A stretch of 62,230 bases of DNA, filler included, from a bacterium (GCA_027063545.1; 20 parts of 20 records of this genome joined end to end with filler, not necessarily neighbours in it), one strand, 5' to 3'. Positions 11,154 through 21,991 are shown, counted from the whole stretch's first letter. Program-made: numbers and translations. The notes: a model not told the origin generated them from the letters alone.

Positions 11154-13004
11154 TTATTTAATAAGTAATACCTTTTTTGTTATAATTTTATTTTTATCTT
11201 TTAATTTTATAAAAAATATTCCACTAGAAAGTGTTGGTTTTTTTAAGACTATTCTATTTAACCCTGATTTTAATAATTGTTTATGAAAAATTATTTTACC
11301 CTGGATACTGTATATAGATATAGAAGCATTGTTATATAAAGTATAACATTCAATATTTAATATAGGGTTAAATGGATTAGGATATACTTTTAAAGACAAA
11401 TTTTTATTTTCAATAACATTTTTTTCTGAATTATTAGTTGGAGTTTCTTCTGGAATATATGCCTTTGCTTTATATCTTATTTGTGCAGGAATCTTTCTGA
11501 ATGAATTATTTGAAAATTCTGGTCCCCAAACAGGCCAATTCAGTTCTCCAAAAAATGAAGGATTAGAATCTTTATAATATGAATAAGGTAAATTATGATC
11601 ACTTATACTATCAGACCATTGTAGAGATCCATTTACCACGTTTCCATGAACAATTAAATCACTAGATGTAGATTTACCATACCATTCTAAATCTTTATCT
11701 GTTATTTGGTATGTTATATTTCCAATAATATTTTGAAATCTCGCATGATCTTGATAAGTAATACCATCATTGAAGACTTCAGTTTTAACCATATTTCTAA
11801 AATAAGTATTCCCAGGGCCAGCAGGACCCCAATAATCATTTATACCTATTTTATTGACAGAATTAGATTCAAATAGATTCTGATAAGAAAAATGACCATG
11901 TATTGATATATCGGGAGGATTCCAATCTTGATTAAAATTAGTAGTGTCATTATCACTTTGGATTGGATGAGTAGAATAATTATAACCATATATATTCCCA
12001 TTCGCTCCAAGATGAATAAGCATAGCGTGTCTTAAAGAATCAAAAATATTGTCTTCTATTAAACAATTTGTTGTATGAAAAGAGGAATTAACTCCATATC
12101 CATGTCCTCCACCGCCATAGTTATAGGATTTATGAAAGTAAGATTCTCTAATTTCACATCTAAAAGCTGTTTCCATATCTACATGGCTTTTGTTTGTTTT
12201 ATTACTTTCTACCCTTTTTATCCAACAATAAGCAGCATTTTTTAATAAAATAGTAGAAACATCAGTGTTTGTCTTTAAATCAATGTATAAGTTTTCAATA
12301 CCTACATACTTAACAAATCCTTGAGGTCTTATTTGGGGATTTAGATCAGATTTAAATGTATAATGTAGTGGAGGATCTATTTTTATATAGTTTTGAGATG
12401 TATTAACCTCTTTAATAACAAAAAGCTGTCCAACAGCATTTTGTGCCCAACTTTGGTTCCAATTAGAATTTGTATACATAAAAGCAGCATCATTTTCTTG
12501 TTGTATTTCTCCAAAATTTCCTATACTAAAAAGGGAAGCATCTTGTACATATAGAATACTATCACCTTTATTATAATTATATACCTCTTGCCAATCTCCT
12601 CTATTATATTTTACAATAGCAATACATGCTCCTTGATCATCTGGATCATAAAAGTGAAGTTTTGTTTTTTGATATCCATCTCCTCTTAATATTATATTAT
12701 CATATCCTATTCTTATTGTCCCTATTATTTTATAGGATCCTTCAGGAATATAAACCACACCTCCGCCATTATTATGGGCATCTGTTATAGCATCAAGTAT
12801 TGCTTGTTTTGAGTCATTTGTTCCGGATGGATCTGCACCATAGTTTATTACATTATATATTGGTCCATCGATTTGTGGTATTCCGTTTGGAATTCCTATA
12901 ATTTCATTTTTCCAATCAATTTTTCTGTCTTCTGGAATTATTTGAGAATATATAAAAGTAGTTAAGCATAGTATAAAGAGTGTTAATTTTATTATAAGTT
13001 GCAT
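11154..13004 (-). CDS. Secreted pectate lyase 3/GH28-related beta-helix protein with T9SS-type C-terminal domain
   Basis: NVINYGA...D..AI...GGGVVYIPEGSY N-terminus and C-terminal YPNPFNP...SSGIFF...KKVLLIK. Confidence 0.85.
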   Translation of the reverse strand: MQLIIKLTLFILCLTTFIYSQIIPEDRKIDWKNEIIGIPNGIPQIDGPIYNVINYGADPSGTNDSKQAILDAITDAHNNGGGVVYIPEGSYKIIGTIRIGYDNIILRGDGYQKTKLHFYDPDDQGACIAIVKYNRGDWQEVYNYNKGDSILYVQDASLFSIGNFGEIQQENDAAFMYTNSNWNQSWAQNAVGQLFVIKEVNTSQNYIKIDPPLHYTFKSDLNPQIRPQGFVKYVGIENLYIDLKTNTDVSTILLKNAAYCWIKRVESNKTNKSHVDMETAFRCEIRESYFHKSYNYGGGGHGYGVNSSFHTTNCLIEDNIFDSLRHAMLIHLGANGNIYGYNYSTHPIQSDNDTTNFNQDWNPPDISIHGHFSYQNLFESNSVNKIGINDYWGPAGPGNTYFRNMVKTEVFNDGITYQDHARFQNIIGNITYQITDKDLEWYGKSTSSDLIVHGNVVNGSLQWSDSISDHNLPYSYYKDSNPSFFGELNWPVWGPEFSNNSFRKIPAQIRYKAKAYIPEETPTNNSEKNVIENKNLSLKVYPNPFNPILNIECYTLYNNASISIYSIQGKIIFHKQLLKSGLNRIVLKKPTLSSGIFFIKLKDKNKIITKKVLLIK

Positions 13005-13102
13005 TTTTTTACCTTCTAATTTTTATATATATAGTTTAAAATAGTAATATTAAAAAGAATGGTAAATAGAAATATATAAAAAAATTATAGAAAAAATTAT
13101 AA

Positions 13103-13153
13103 AAAAAGACCTTCCTCAGAAAACAACAGAAGAGCTATGAGGAAGGTCTTTTT
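13103..13153 (-). terminator. Terminator downstream of metE
   Basis: Perfect inverted repeat AAAAAGACCTTCCTCA...TGAGGAAGGTCTTTTT. Confidence 0.7.
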
Positions 13154-13168
13154 GAAAATAGGGGGAGG

Positions 13169-15268
13169 TCAACTATACTTTTTTCTAATTATATATGCAG
13201 CCTTCATCATATTTTCTAATGAAGGTTTAACCTCTTCCCATTTTCTTGTTTTTAATCCACAATCAGGATTTATCCAGAAGTTTTCCTTTGGAATAATTCT
13301 CAAAGCCCTTTCAACTATCTCTATTATATCTTCAACCTTTGGAGTCTTTGGCGAGTGAATATCATAAACCCCAAGGCCTATTTGTCTTTTATAATTATAC
13401 TTTTCAAAAGCCTCTATTAATTCACCTTTTGATTTTGTTGTTTCAATAGATATAACATCAGCATCTAAAGCATCAATTTTATCAATTATATCACCAAACT
13501 CAGAATAACACATATGAGTATGAATTTGGATTTCTTTTGGAGCATATGAAGCTAGTTTAAATGCCTTAATAGCCCAATTAAAATACCTATCCCAATCTCT
13601 TTTTTTAATAGGTGTCATTTCTCTAAAAGCAGGTTCATCTATCTGGATTATTTTTATTCCATTTCTAATATAATCTTGAACCTCTTCTTGAAGAGCAGAG
13701 GCAATTTCATAAGCAATCTTTTCAATAGGATATTCTGGATTAACATAACTCCATGCTATTATTGTAATAGGTCCTGTTAGCATTCCTTTTACTGGTTTTT
13801 TAGTTAAACTTTGGGCATAAACTATTTCATTAATAGTCATAGGTTCAATTCTCTTGATATTTCCTATTATAATAGGAGGTCTATAAACTCTACTTCCATA
13901 GGAAATAACCCAGCCTTTTTTTGTTGTTAAAATTCCATCTAATTTTTCTGCGAAAAATTCAACCATATCAGTTCTTTCAAACTCACCATGAACTAAAACA
14001 TCAAGTCCTAATTCTTCTTGAAAACGAATAGTTTTTTCTATTTCCTTTTTAATAAACTTATCGTACTCTTCTTTTGATATCTCACCTTTTCTATATTTTA
14101 ACCTCATACTTCTAACTTCAGGAGTCTGAGGGAAACTTCCAATAGTTGTTGTTGGAAATAAAGGTAGATTTAAATAACTTTGTGCTTTTAATCTTTCCTC
14201 ATAAGATTCTCTTGTTTTTTCTGGTATTTCAAAGGTTTCTTTTTCTAAAGAAAAATTAGAAGGATTTATTTCTAAATTTTTTAAAAAATTTAATTCTTCA
14301 AGTTTTTCAATTGCAAATCTTAGATTATTTTTTATATACTCATTTTTTTCAACCTTTGTTGTTATTGGGAGTAAAAAAAGCCCGCCAGCAGATGAGATTA
14401 TTATTTCATTATTTACTTTATTTTTGATTTCATATAAAACTTTGTTAATAAATTCGCCATTTTTTGGGAAAACACTTCTTGAGTCAATTACTCCAGCAAT
14501 AATTTTTGATTTAGGATTAATTGAAGATATTATATCTAAATTTTTTATTCCCCTTATAAAATCAAATCCCCAAGCATTAACCTCTATATTTTCTATTAAT
14601 TCTGGATGATCTATACTCTCATAATATGTTATTAAATTAATTCTATCCCAATAATTTTCCAACTTTTTGTAAGTATTTAAAATTTTATTCATCTCATCTT
14701 TAGAATATTCTAAAACAAAAGCAGGTTCTTCTATGTGAAATATTGTATTTTTATATTTCTCAAAAAGTTGAGAATATGCCTTTATTAGCTTATCTAAAAT
14801 TATCTCTTCATTTCCATTTATTTTTGAGAGTTTTAGAAGGGTGTAAGGACCTATTATATAAAGAATTTTTGGATCTTTTATACCAAAAAATTCATATTTA
14901 TCCCAAGAGAATTTTATATCATCTTCCTGAGATATCTCAATTTTTATGTAATGATAATTAGTATTAAAAAATTTTTTCATAGGAAGCGCATTTTCACCTC
15001 TTGCTAAATTATAATAGTTCTCAATAGAAAAGTCTCTATAGATATTAAACATAAATCCTAGATCAAGTATAGAATCATATAAGGTTATTTCTCCCTCTGG
15101 ATAGAGATCAACATAGTTTTGATAAATAGAGAGTCTTTCACTTTCAATTTTTTTTAGATTATCAATTAATTGTTTTTCATTAATTTTTTTGTCCCAAAAA
15201 GCCTCCAGTGTTTTTTTGTACTCTCTTTCTTTTCCAAGCCTTGGGAACCCGTATGCATAAACTAACAT
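13169..15268 (-). CDS. metE: Cobalamin-independent methionine synthase
   Basis: GFPRLG, PTTTIGSFPQT, HGEFER, zinc ligands HTHMC and NPDCGLKTR. Ends in TGA used as a normal stop. Confidence 0.97.
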   Translation of the reverse strand: MLVYAYGFPRLGKEREYKKTLEAFWDKKINEKQLIDNLKKIESERLSIYQNYVDLYPEGEITLYDSILDLGFMFNIYRDFSIENYYNLARGENALPMKKFFNTNYHYIKIEISQEDDIKFSWDKYEFFGIKDPKILYIIGPYTLLKLSKINGNEEIILDKLIKAYSQLFEKYKNTIFHIEEPAFVLEYSKDEMNKILNTYKKLENYWDRINLITYYESIDHPELIENIEVNAWGFDFIRGIKNLDIISSINPKSKIIAGVIDSRSVFPKNGEFINKVLYEIKNKVNNEIIISSAGGLFLLPITTKVEKNEYIKNNLRFAIEKLEELNFLKNLEINPSNFSLEKETFEIPEKTRESYEERLKAQSYLNLPLFPTTTIGSFPQTPEVRSMRLKYRKGEISKEEYDKFIKKEIEKTIRFQEELGLDVLVHGEFERTDMVEFFAEKLDGILTTKKGWVISYGSRVYRPPIIIGNIKRIEPMTINEIVYAQSLTKKPVKGMLTGPITIIAWSYVNPEYPIEKIAYEIASALQEEVQDYIRNGIKIIQIDEPAFREMTPIKKRDWDRYFNWAIKAFKLASYAPKEIQIHTHMCYSEFGDIIDKIDALDADVISIETTKSKGELIEAFEKYNYKRQIGLGVYDIHSPKTPKVEDIIEIVERALRIIPKENFWINPDCGLKTRKWEEVKPSLENMMKAAYIIRKKYS

Positions 15269-15388
15269 AAATAATACCTCCTTTTTGGTTTGTTTTTTTT
15301 AAATTTTAACCTGCAAGGTCCCAAGGCTTAAGGTAATAAGGCGACAACCCTAGCCGCCCTATTCCTTAAGCCCGAGGAATAGGGGTTA

Positions 15389-15584
15389 ACTCTTCGGGCA
15401 GGTCTCCTGGCTTAGGGGCTACCTACTCGGCCGCCTTCCCACCTCAAAATTTTAGATTTTTGAGGCAGTGGCATTATTGGCCTTTCGTTCCCCAACACAG
15501 TTCCGGGTCGAGCGCCGGATTCTCACCGGACTTCCCTTTTAAGGCTCACCCCTCTTTTTTAGGGGATATTGCCACCCGAAGAGT
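15389..15584 (-). promoter_or_regulatory. Cobalamin (B12) riboswitch upstream of metE
   Basis: Minus strand shows P1 ACTCTTCGGG/CCCGAAGAGT, AAAAGGGAAGTCCGGTGAGAATCCGG, GCCACTG, GGGAAGGC and the B12 box AGCCAGGAGACCTGCC. An expression-platform hairpin CCCTATTCCT/AGGAATAGGG follows. Confidence 0.93.
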
Positions 15585-15747
15585 GCTTCTTATTTTTTTT
15601 AAAGATAATAAAAATAATTTTTTTAATATAAAAAATGGTAAAAACTTACATTTTTTTCTTGTTTTATTTGATAATTTAAAATTATTTTAAATTTTAACTT
15701 AATAAATTTAATCTAAAAATATTAAAATATTAAAAGGAGGTTTTATT

Positions 15748-16797
15748 ATGAAGAGAATTCCAGCATTTTTCCTACTAATATTTTTATTATTGGGATTTTC
15801 ATTATTTTCATGTAGTGAGGATAATATTGATAATAATTTAAATGTATCTGATACTATCCAAAATACATCTGATGATTCTGCAATTTGTTCTCAAGATATA
15901 ATAAATTCAAATTTTAAAGAGGTTTTAACAGCCCAATGTTTTAAAGACTTATTTAAAAAAGATAGTAATCTTACTTTAATTAAAGCAATAGATAATGAAG
16001 TGATATATAAATTATTTAATACATTACCAACGGATTACATAGATAGTGTAAAAAATTTTTTAGAAGAAAGAGGAGCAAGGTTTATAAGTGGAGTAGGGAA
16101 AATTTATCTAGATACTAATGTGGTAACCCAATTATTCAAAATAAATGATGTTTTTAAATATAACAGTAATACAGGTGAAAATGAACTTACTACCTCTTAT
16201 TACATAAAAGTAATATATAATAATATGGATTCTTTAATTAGTCTATATTTATTAGCAAGAGACTTGTCAGATACTAGTGATAATGATAGCTCTTTGATAG
16301 ATAATGGGGAAGAAGAAGGCGATACAACCCAACTTGAAGATAGTACTTCAATTTCTAATGATAGTTTAATTTTTACCCCTTTATATGACAGTGTAAAAGC
16401 TTTGGAAGATAGTATTTGGAATTTTTTAAATATATATATAGATGATACAATACAAATTTTAGATCTTTATGAAGAATATACTGATACCGGATTTTTATAT
16501 AGTGTTCCATTTAGTTCATCACCTCTTGATACAAATGATGTAGATATAATTATATTTGATTTACAGGAATATTATGAAGATTTTGGTTTTGTATTAGATA
16601 CTATTTATGATCCATCTTTAGAGCAAGATGGTCTTAGTACTTTAATGATATTATATAGAATATTCTACAATGAAGATAGTACAATTACTAAAGATAGGAT
16701 AACAATATATATATTTAATGAAATAGACGGAGAATATCCAGAATTTTTTTTATCTGTAGAGTATGAAGTTTTTTATAATTATACTTTAGAAAAATAA
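15748..16797 (+). CDS. Acidic lipoprotein of unknown function
   Basis: AGGAGG RBS, lipobox LFS-C, D/E/Y-rich. Confidence 0.8.
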   Translation: MKRIPAFFLLIFLLLGFSLFSCSEDNIDNNLNVSDTIQNTSDDSAICSQDIINSNFKEVLTAQCFKDLFKKDSNLTLIKAIDNEVIYKLFNTLPTDYIDSVKNFLEERGARFISGVGKIYLDTNVVTQLFKINDVFKYNSNTGENELTTSYYIKVIYNNMDSLISLYLLARDLSDTSDNDSSLIDNGEEEGDTTQLEDSTSISNDSLIFTPLYDSVKALEDSIWNFLNIYIDDTIQILDLYEEYTDTGFLYSVPFSSSPLDTNDVDIIIFDLQEYYEDFGFVLDTIYDPSLEQDGLSTLMILYRIFYNEDSTITKDRITIYIFNEIDGEYPEFFLSVEYEVFYNYTLEK

Positions 16798-16814
16798 TTT
16801 CCCATTTCATTTCA

Positions 16815-16844
16815 CTTTCCCTTTTTAAAGGGGGAAGATTTTTT
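16815..16844 (+). terminator. Possible intrinsic terminator
   Basis: CTTTCCCTTT/AAAGGGGGAAG hairpin followed by a T tract. Confidence 0.5.
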
Positions 16845-16906
16845 ATATTTTTATTATTATGATATAAGTATAATAGAATAAAAATAGAGATAAAAAGGAG
16901 GAAAAA

Positions 16907-18157
16907 ATGAAAAAGTATTATTTAAAAATCTTATTATTATTTAGTATAACTTTTTTTACTTTTTTTGGTTGTTCTGGAGATGATAGTGTTTCTAGTAATG
17001 TAGAAAATACAACAACTACAAAAATAAAACCAGAAAATATTTTAGAAGTAATAAATAATAAATTAAGAGATAGTATATTATCAAACCAAGTTTATACAGC
17101 ATATTTTTTTAAAGATGAAACTATGGAAATAGATACTTTACTAAAGGTTGTTATGGAAAATAGTTCAACAGGAGAGAATCCAAATACTATTTTAACAGAG
17201 AAAATAGAAGAAGAAATAGATAATTATATAGTAGAAGTAATGGGATTAGAATATATTGATGGTGAATATACCTCTGATGTTTCTACAGGTGAAGTTTATG
17301 AATATGATATATATAAATTCACAGATATAGAAGTGTATTTAAGAGTTGATTACTATTATAAAGACAATACTATAACTTTTAGATTATATGGTTCTGATTT
17401 ATCTTCTAGCTATAAAGATATTGATAATACTTCTCAAGTTGAAGATTCAATATCAAATAGTAATGACTTAGATAAATTAGTAGCAGATGTATATACATCA
17501 AATTTTGATACTACAACTTATATCATTGAGAATGATACAATAAAAAATTTAAAAATTATAGAATATGTATATACTTTCAATGAAGATTATGTAATAGATA
17601 CAAAAGAAAAAAGTGAAGAATTTAAAGAAAAATTAGAAGACTATTTTTATAATTTTATAGGTGACTATTCAGAATATAATGAGGATAGAGATGAGGAAAT
17701 TTTATATCAAGTCTTTTTATATCCTCCTGATAATGATACTCTTTTAATAGGTTATTATTCTGATATGTTAGTTTTTATTTTTTACGATCATAATACAAGT
17801 TCAGAAAATTCTTTTAATAAAGATATATTTTCTCCTACAAATTTTTCAAATTATATATTAGATTATTTATTACCTTTAACATTAGGAGAAGAAAATTATA
17901 ATATTCAAAAGTCTTTAGATACAGTAATTGTTGTTTCTTATACTGGAGACAAGAGCTTTAATATTATAGAAACTAATATAAATGATATTCTATCTAACTC
18001 TATGGTATATTTATATGATTATGATGGATATGAGGGATATACTTATAATTATAGATTTAAAAATTATGAAAAATTGTTTTTAGATGTTATCTATGATGAA
18101 GGAAATAATATTATAAAGTTTGAAATGTATGGAGAAGATTTAGATACTATTTTATAG
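16907..18157 (+). CDS. Acidic lipoprotein of unknown function, probable paralog of the upstream gene
   Basis: AGGAGG RBS, lipobox FFG-C, shared linker and domain-end motifs with 15748-16797. Confidence 0.8.
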   Translation: MKKYYLKILLLFSITFFTFFGCSGDDSVSSNVENTTTTKIKPENILEVINNKLRDSILSNQVYTAYFFKDETMEIDTLLKVVMENSSTGENPNTILTEKIEEEIDNYIVEVMGLEYIDGEYTSDVSTGEVYEYDIYKFTDIEVYLRVDYYYKDNTITFRLYGSDLSSSYKDIDNTSQVEDSISNSNDLDKLVADVYTSNFDTTTYIIENDTIKNLKIIEYVYTFNEDYVIDTKEKSEEFKEKLEDYFYNFIGDYSEYNEDRDEEILYQVFLYPPDNDTLLIGYYSDMLVFIFYDHNTSSENSFNKDIFSPTNFSNYILDYLLPLTLGEENYNIQKSLDTVIVVSYTGDKSFNIIETNINDILSNSMVYLYDYDGYEGYTYNYRFKNYEKLFLDVIYDEGNNIIKFEMYGEDLDTIL

Positions 18158-18193
18158 GAGTATTTAAAATTTAAATAAAAGAAGAAGTAAAAA

Positions 18194-19357
18194 ATGAAAA
18201 GAAAAAGTTTTTTATTTTTTTTAATTTATAGTGCTTTTCTTATAGAATATGTCTATGGAACAGGATTTTTTATGGAAAATTGGGTACAAAAAAATTATTC
18301 TCCTCCTTCTGTTACTAATCCATTAGAGAATATACCTATTACTTATGATATCACTGTTTCTGTTAATGGAACAGATACTATAAATAAAGTATTAGAAACA
18401 ATTTTTGGGAATAATTTGCCTGCTTGGAGAAAAAATTTAAAAACATCTAAAGAAGCAGAAAGACATTTGAAAAATATAAAAATTACTACATTAAGAATAC
18501 CTGGAGGTAACTGGACTAATAATTGGTTATGGGATGGTCAGATCCACTGGACGTTAAAAGATAATTATAAATCTAATATTAAAAGTGAACCTACAACAAC
18601 ATGGACATTACAGACAGATGACTTATTAGATTTAGTATCAAAGTATAATTCTGAACCACAGATATGTGTTAATTATTCCCTTGCAAGATATATAGATGAA
18701 CCAAATCCTGTAGAAAAAGCAGCTTCCTATGCAGCAGGTTGGGTAAGATATATAAAATCTTTAGGAATAAAAGCAAGATATTGGGAAGTGGGTAATGAAA
18801 ATTATGGAAGTTGGCAAGAAGGTTATATAGTAGATGGAGATACAATTACTGGAGCAGAGTATGCTCAGGATTTTAGAATTTTTGCAGATTCAATGAAAGC
18901 TGCTGATCCTAAAATTAAAGTTGGAGCTGTTCTTTATCCTACAAGTACAAATTTATGGACTAATGATTGGAGTATCCAGGTATTAAAAAATGCTTCTGAT
19001 AAAATAGACTATGTTATAATTCATGAATATTTTACATGGGCGCCTAATTTGAATACAATAACACCCGAAGAAGTATTAAGTGCTAAATATTTAATAAAAG
19101 CAGATATAGATTCTGTAAACGCTATGCTACAAGCGATATTAGGTAAGACAATAGAAGATATTCCTGTGGCTATGACAGAATATAACATGAGAGCAGGAAA
19201 ATCGAATACTACAGGTGTAGCAACTCTATTTATATCTGAAGCATTAGGAGAGTTTATAAAAAATAAATATGGACTTGTGAATTTATGGGATATAGAAAAT
19301 AGTAGTGGTTTTGATGATCATGGAATTTTAACTTATGAAGAGGCGCCTACACCAGAT
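18194..19357 (+). CDS. Secreted clan GH-A glycoside hydrolase (GH51/GH44-like), 3'-truncated
   Basis: LRIPGG, acid/base YWEVGNE and nucleophile MTEYN motifs; signal peptide. Confidence 0.8.
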
Positions 19358-19458
19358 NNNNNNNNNNNNNNNNNNNNNNNNNNNNNNNNNNNNNNNNNNN
19401 NTTAATTAATTAANNNNNNNNNNNNNNNNNNNNNNNNNNNNNNNNNNNNNNNNNNNNG

Positions 19459-19659
19459 ATTAATAGACTAGAGCATACAGTAGCCAATTTAAAGAATAGT
19501 GTACTTAACACCCAAGCAGCAGAATCACTCATAAGAGATGTAGATGTAGGAGAAGAGATGGCAAACTTTACAAGACTACAAATATTAACACAAGCAGGAA
19601 CAGCGATGTTATCTCAAGCAAATGCAGTACCACAAGGAGTGATGGGATTATTTAGATAG
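19459..19659 (+). CDS. fliC: Flagellin, C-terminal fragment
   Basis: Not in the ORF track. [11 protein letters not shown]...[47 protein letters not shown]-stop. Confidence 0.95.
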   Translation: MNRLEHTVANLKNSVLNTQAAESLIRDVDVGEEMANFTRLQILTQAGTAMLSQANAVPQGVMGLFR

Positions 19660-19694
19660 AAATAGATATTAGGTTAATAGTTAATTTGTATATT

Positions 19695-19733
19695 AAGGGG
19701 TTATCTCTCAAGAAGAGGGATAACCCCTTTTTT
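19695..19733 (+). terminator. Intrinsic terminator after flagellin
   Basis: AAGGGGTTATCTCTC/GAGGGATAACCCCTT hairpin plus T run. Confidence 0.85.
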
Positions 19734-19839
19734 ATTTTTATTGATTTTGTTTTTTTATTTTGTTATTTTTAAATTATTTATATAGAATAGTTTTTTGTTT
19801 TTAGAATAGAAATTAAAGAAAAATATTCAAGGAGAATAT

Positions 19840-21282
19840 ATGGAATATGAAGCAGTAATTGGGCTAGAAGTTCATGCTCAATTAAAAACAAAAACAAAAT
19901 TATTTTGTTCTTGTTCTACAGAGTTTGGTGCAGAGCCAAATACTCATGGTTGTCCTGTCTGTTTAGGCTTACCAGGAAGTTTACCTGTTTTGAATGAAGA
20001 AGCTGTGAATTATGCTATAAAAATGGCTTTAGCAACAAATTGTAGAATAAATGAAACATCAATATTTGCTAGAAAAAATTATTTTTATCCTGATTTACCA
20101 AAGGGTTATCAGATTTCTCAATATGATAAGCCGTTAGCTGAGGAAGGTTTTGTTGAATTTTATGTTGATGGTGAAAAAAAGAGAGTAAGATTAATAAGAA
20201 TTCATATAGAAGAAGATGCAGGAAAGTTAAAGCATGAAGGTTCTGATGGGAGTTTATTTGATGTAAATAGAGCAGGGACTCCATTAATAGAAATAGTTTC
20301 TTATCCTGATATAAGAACCCCTAAAGAAGCTTCAGAGTATATGAAAAAATTAAGGCAGATTTTATTATATTTAGGAATTTCCGATGGAAATATGGAAGAG
20401 GGATCTTTAAGATGTGATGCTAACATTTCTGTTAGGCCTAAAGGTACAGATAAGTTAGGCACAAAAACAGAATTAAAAAATTTAAATAGTTTTAGAAATT
20501 TAGAAAAAGCTATAGAATATGAAATAGAAAGACAAATTTCTCTTATAGAAAATGGGGAAAAGGTTGTTCAAGAGACTAGATTATGGGATCCTGTAAAAAA
20601 TGTAACAAGAGCAATGAGATCTAAAGAAGAAGCCCATGATTATAGATACTTTCCAGAACCAGATTTAGTTCCTTTAGTGGTAAATGAAGAATGGATTTCC
20701 AATATAAAGGAGACAATAGAAGAACTACCAAATGAAAAAATAGAGAGATTTATGAAAGATTATAATTTGAGCTATTATGAAGCTAATCTCTTATGCGAGA
20801 CAAAAGAAAGAGCAAATTATTATGAAGAAGTAATAAAGATACATCCTGATTATAAACAAGTAGCTAACTGGATGTTGGTAGAAGTTTATAGATATTTAAA
20901 TGATAATAATATTGAAATAAAAGATTTTCCTATAAAACCAGAAGATTTAGGAGAGCTTTTAAAGTTTATAAAGGATGGAAAAATAACAAATAATATAGGA
21001 AAGAAAGTTTTCCAAAAGATGATAGAAACAGGAAAAAAGGCAGCACAAATAATAGAAGAAGAAGGTCTTGTTCAGATATCTGATACATCAGAGTTAGATG
21101 CTATAGCTGATGAAATTATAAAAAATTCACCAAAGCAGGTAGAAAAGTATTTAAAAGGTAATGAAAAAGTTTTAGGTTATTTTATTGGACAATTAATGAG
21201 AGAGACAAAAGGAAAAGCTAATCCTCAGATAGCAAACCAATTATTTAAGAAAAAATTGGAAGAACTAAAAAATAATGGATAA
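19840..21282 (+). CDS. gatB: Asp/Glu-tRNA amidotransferase subunit B
   Basis: IGLEVHAQL, RKNYFYPDLPKGYQISQ, YRYFPEPDL. Confidence 0.98.
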   Translation: MEYEAVIGLEVHAQLKTKTKLFCSCSTEFGAEPNTHGCPVCLGLPGSLPVLNEEAVNYAIKMALATNCRINETSIFARKNYFYPDLPKGYQISQYDKPLAEEGFVEFYVDGEKKRVRLIRIHIEEDAGKLKHEGSDGSLFDVNRAGTPLIEIVSYPDIRTPKEASEYMKKLRQILLYLGISDGNMEEGSLRCDANISVRPKGTDKLGTKTELKNLNSFRNLEKAIEYEIERQISLIENGEKVVQETRLWDPVKNVTRAMRSKEEAHDYRYFPEPDLVPLVVNEEWISNIKETIEELPNEKIERFMKDYNLSYYEANLLCETKERANYYEEVIKIHPDYKQVANWMLVEVYRYLNDNNIEIKDFPIKPEDLGELLKFIKDGKITNNIGKKVFQKMIETGKKAAQIIEEEGLVQISDTSELDAIADEIIKNSPKQVEKYLKGNEKVLGYFIGQLMRETKGKANPQIANQLFKKKLEELKNNG

Positions 21283-21553
21283 ATTGTTTTTTTATTTTAT
21301 AATTGTTTTTTTTATTGTAGGATTTTTGTTTTTTTTAGGGATAGAGGTAAATGCTCAAAATATAGAAGACGATTTTAACGTAGATACAAATATAACATAT
21401 TCTATTAAAACAGAAGATAAGCAATTATTATGGGAACCTAAAAAAGATAGTGTTTTAAGTAAAAATTTAAAATATTATATAGATATAGCTTTTGGCTTTA
21501 CTCTTTATTTTATAACAGCCTATTATACTACAAATTTATTAAATCCCGAATAA
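21275..21553 (+). CDS. Small hypothetical membrane/secreted protein
   Basis: Overlaps the gatB stop; signal peptide ending VNA-Q; C-terminal hydrophobic segment. Confidence 0.6.
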   Translation: MDKLFFYFIIVFFIVGFLFFLGIEVNAQNIEDDFNVDTNITYSIKTEDKQLLWEPKKDSVLSKNLKYYIDIAFGFTLYFITAYYTTNLLNPE

Positions 21554-21567
21554 TTTTTTAATTTATT

Positions 21568-21843
21568 ATGGAAAAAGATATTGTAATTATTATATTTTTA
21601 ATCAGTTTTTTGGTGTTAACTTTGTTATTTTTAGCAATTTTTTTTAGATATAGTTTAAATATTTTGTGGAATTTGGAAAGGATTGAGGAATTATTGAATA
21701 TAGATAAATTAAATACACAGGAATTAGTTAGAGTATTAAAGATAAAGATATTGGCAATAGATGAGACTATGGATTTAAAACAAAAGGAAGTAGAATATAA
21801 AGAAACATTAGAAAATAGATATTCCAAATTACTTGATATATAA
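21568..21843 (+). CDS. Small membrane-anchored coiled-coil protein
   Basis: N-terminal TM helix; operon-like spacing. Confidence 0.6.
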   Translation: MEKDIVIIIFLISFLVLTLLFLAIFFRYSLNILWNLERIEELLNIDKLNTQELVRVLKIKILAIDETMDLKQKEVEYKETLENRYSKLLDI

Positions 21844-21856
21844 TTGGAGTTGAAAG

Positions 21857-21991
21857 ATGAAAAAAACTATAGATATTTTAAAAGAAAAAGGAATAGATTT
21901 AAATAGACTTGTTGCTGCAAAGGTTGATGGTGTATTAATTGATCTAACAAGAGAGATAGAAGAAGGTAAAAATATAGAGCCTATTTATTTT
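21857..21991 (+). CDS. thrS: TGS-domain N-terminus, probably threonine--tRNA ligase (truncated)
   Basis: GGAG RBS; VAAKVDGVLIDL is a TGS motif typical of ThrRS N-termini. Only 45 codons are visible. Confidence 0.6.

Noticed and set aside
15460-15690. 76-aa plus-strand ORF
   Set aside because: Antisense to the cobalamin riboswitch, with no protein features.
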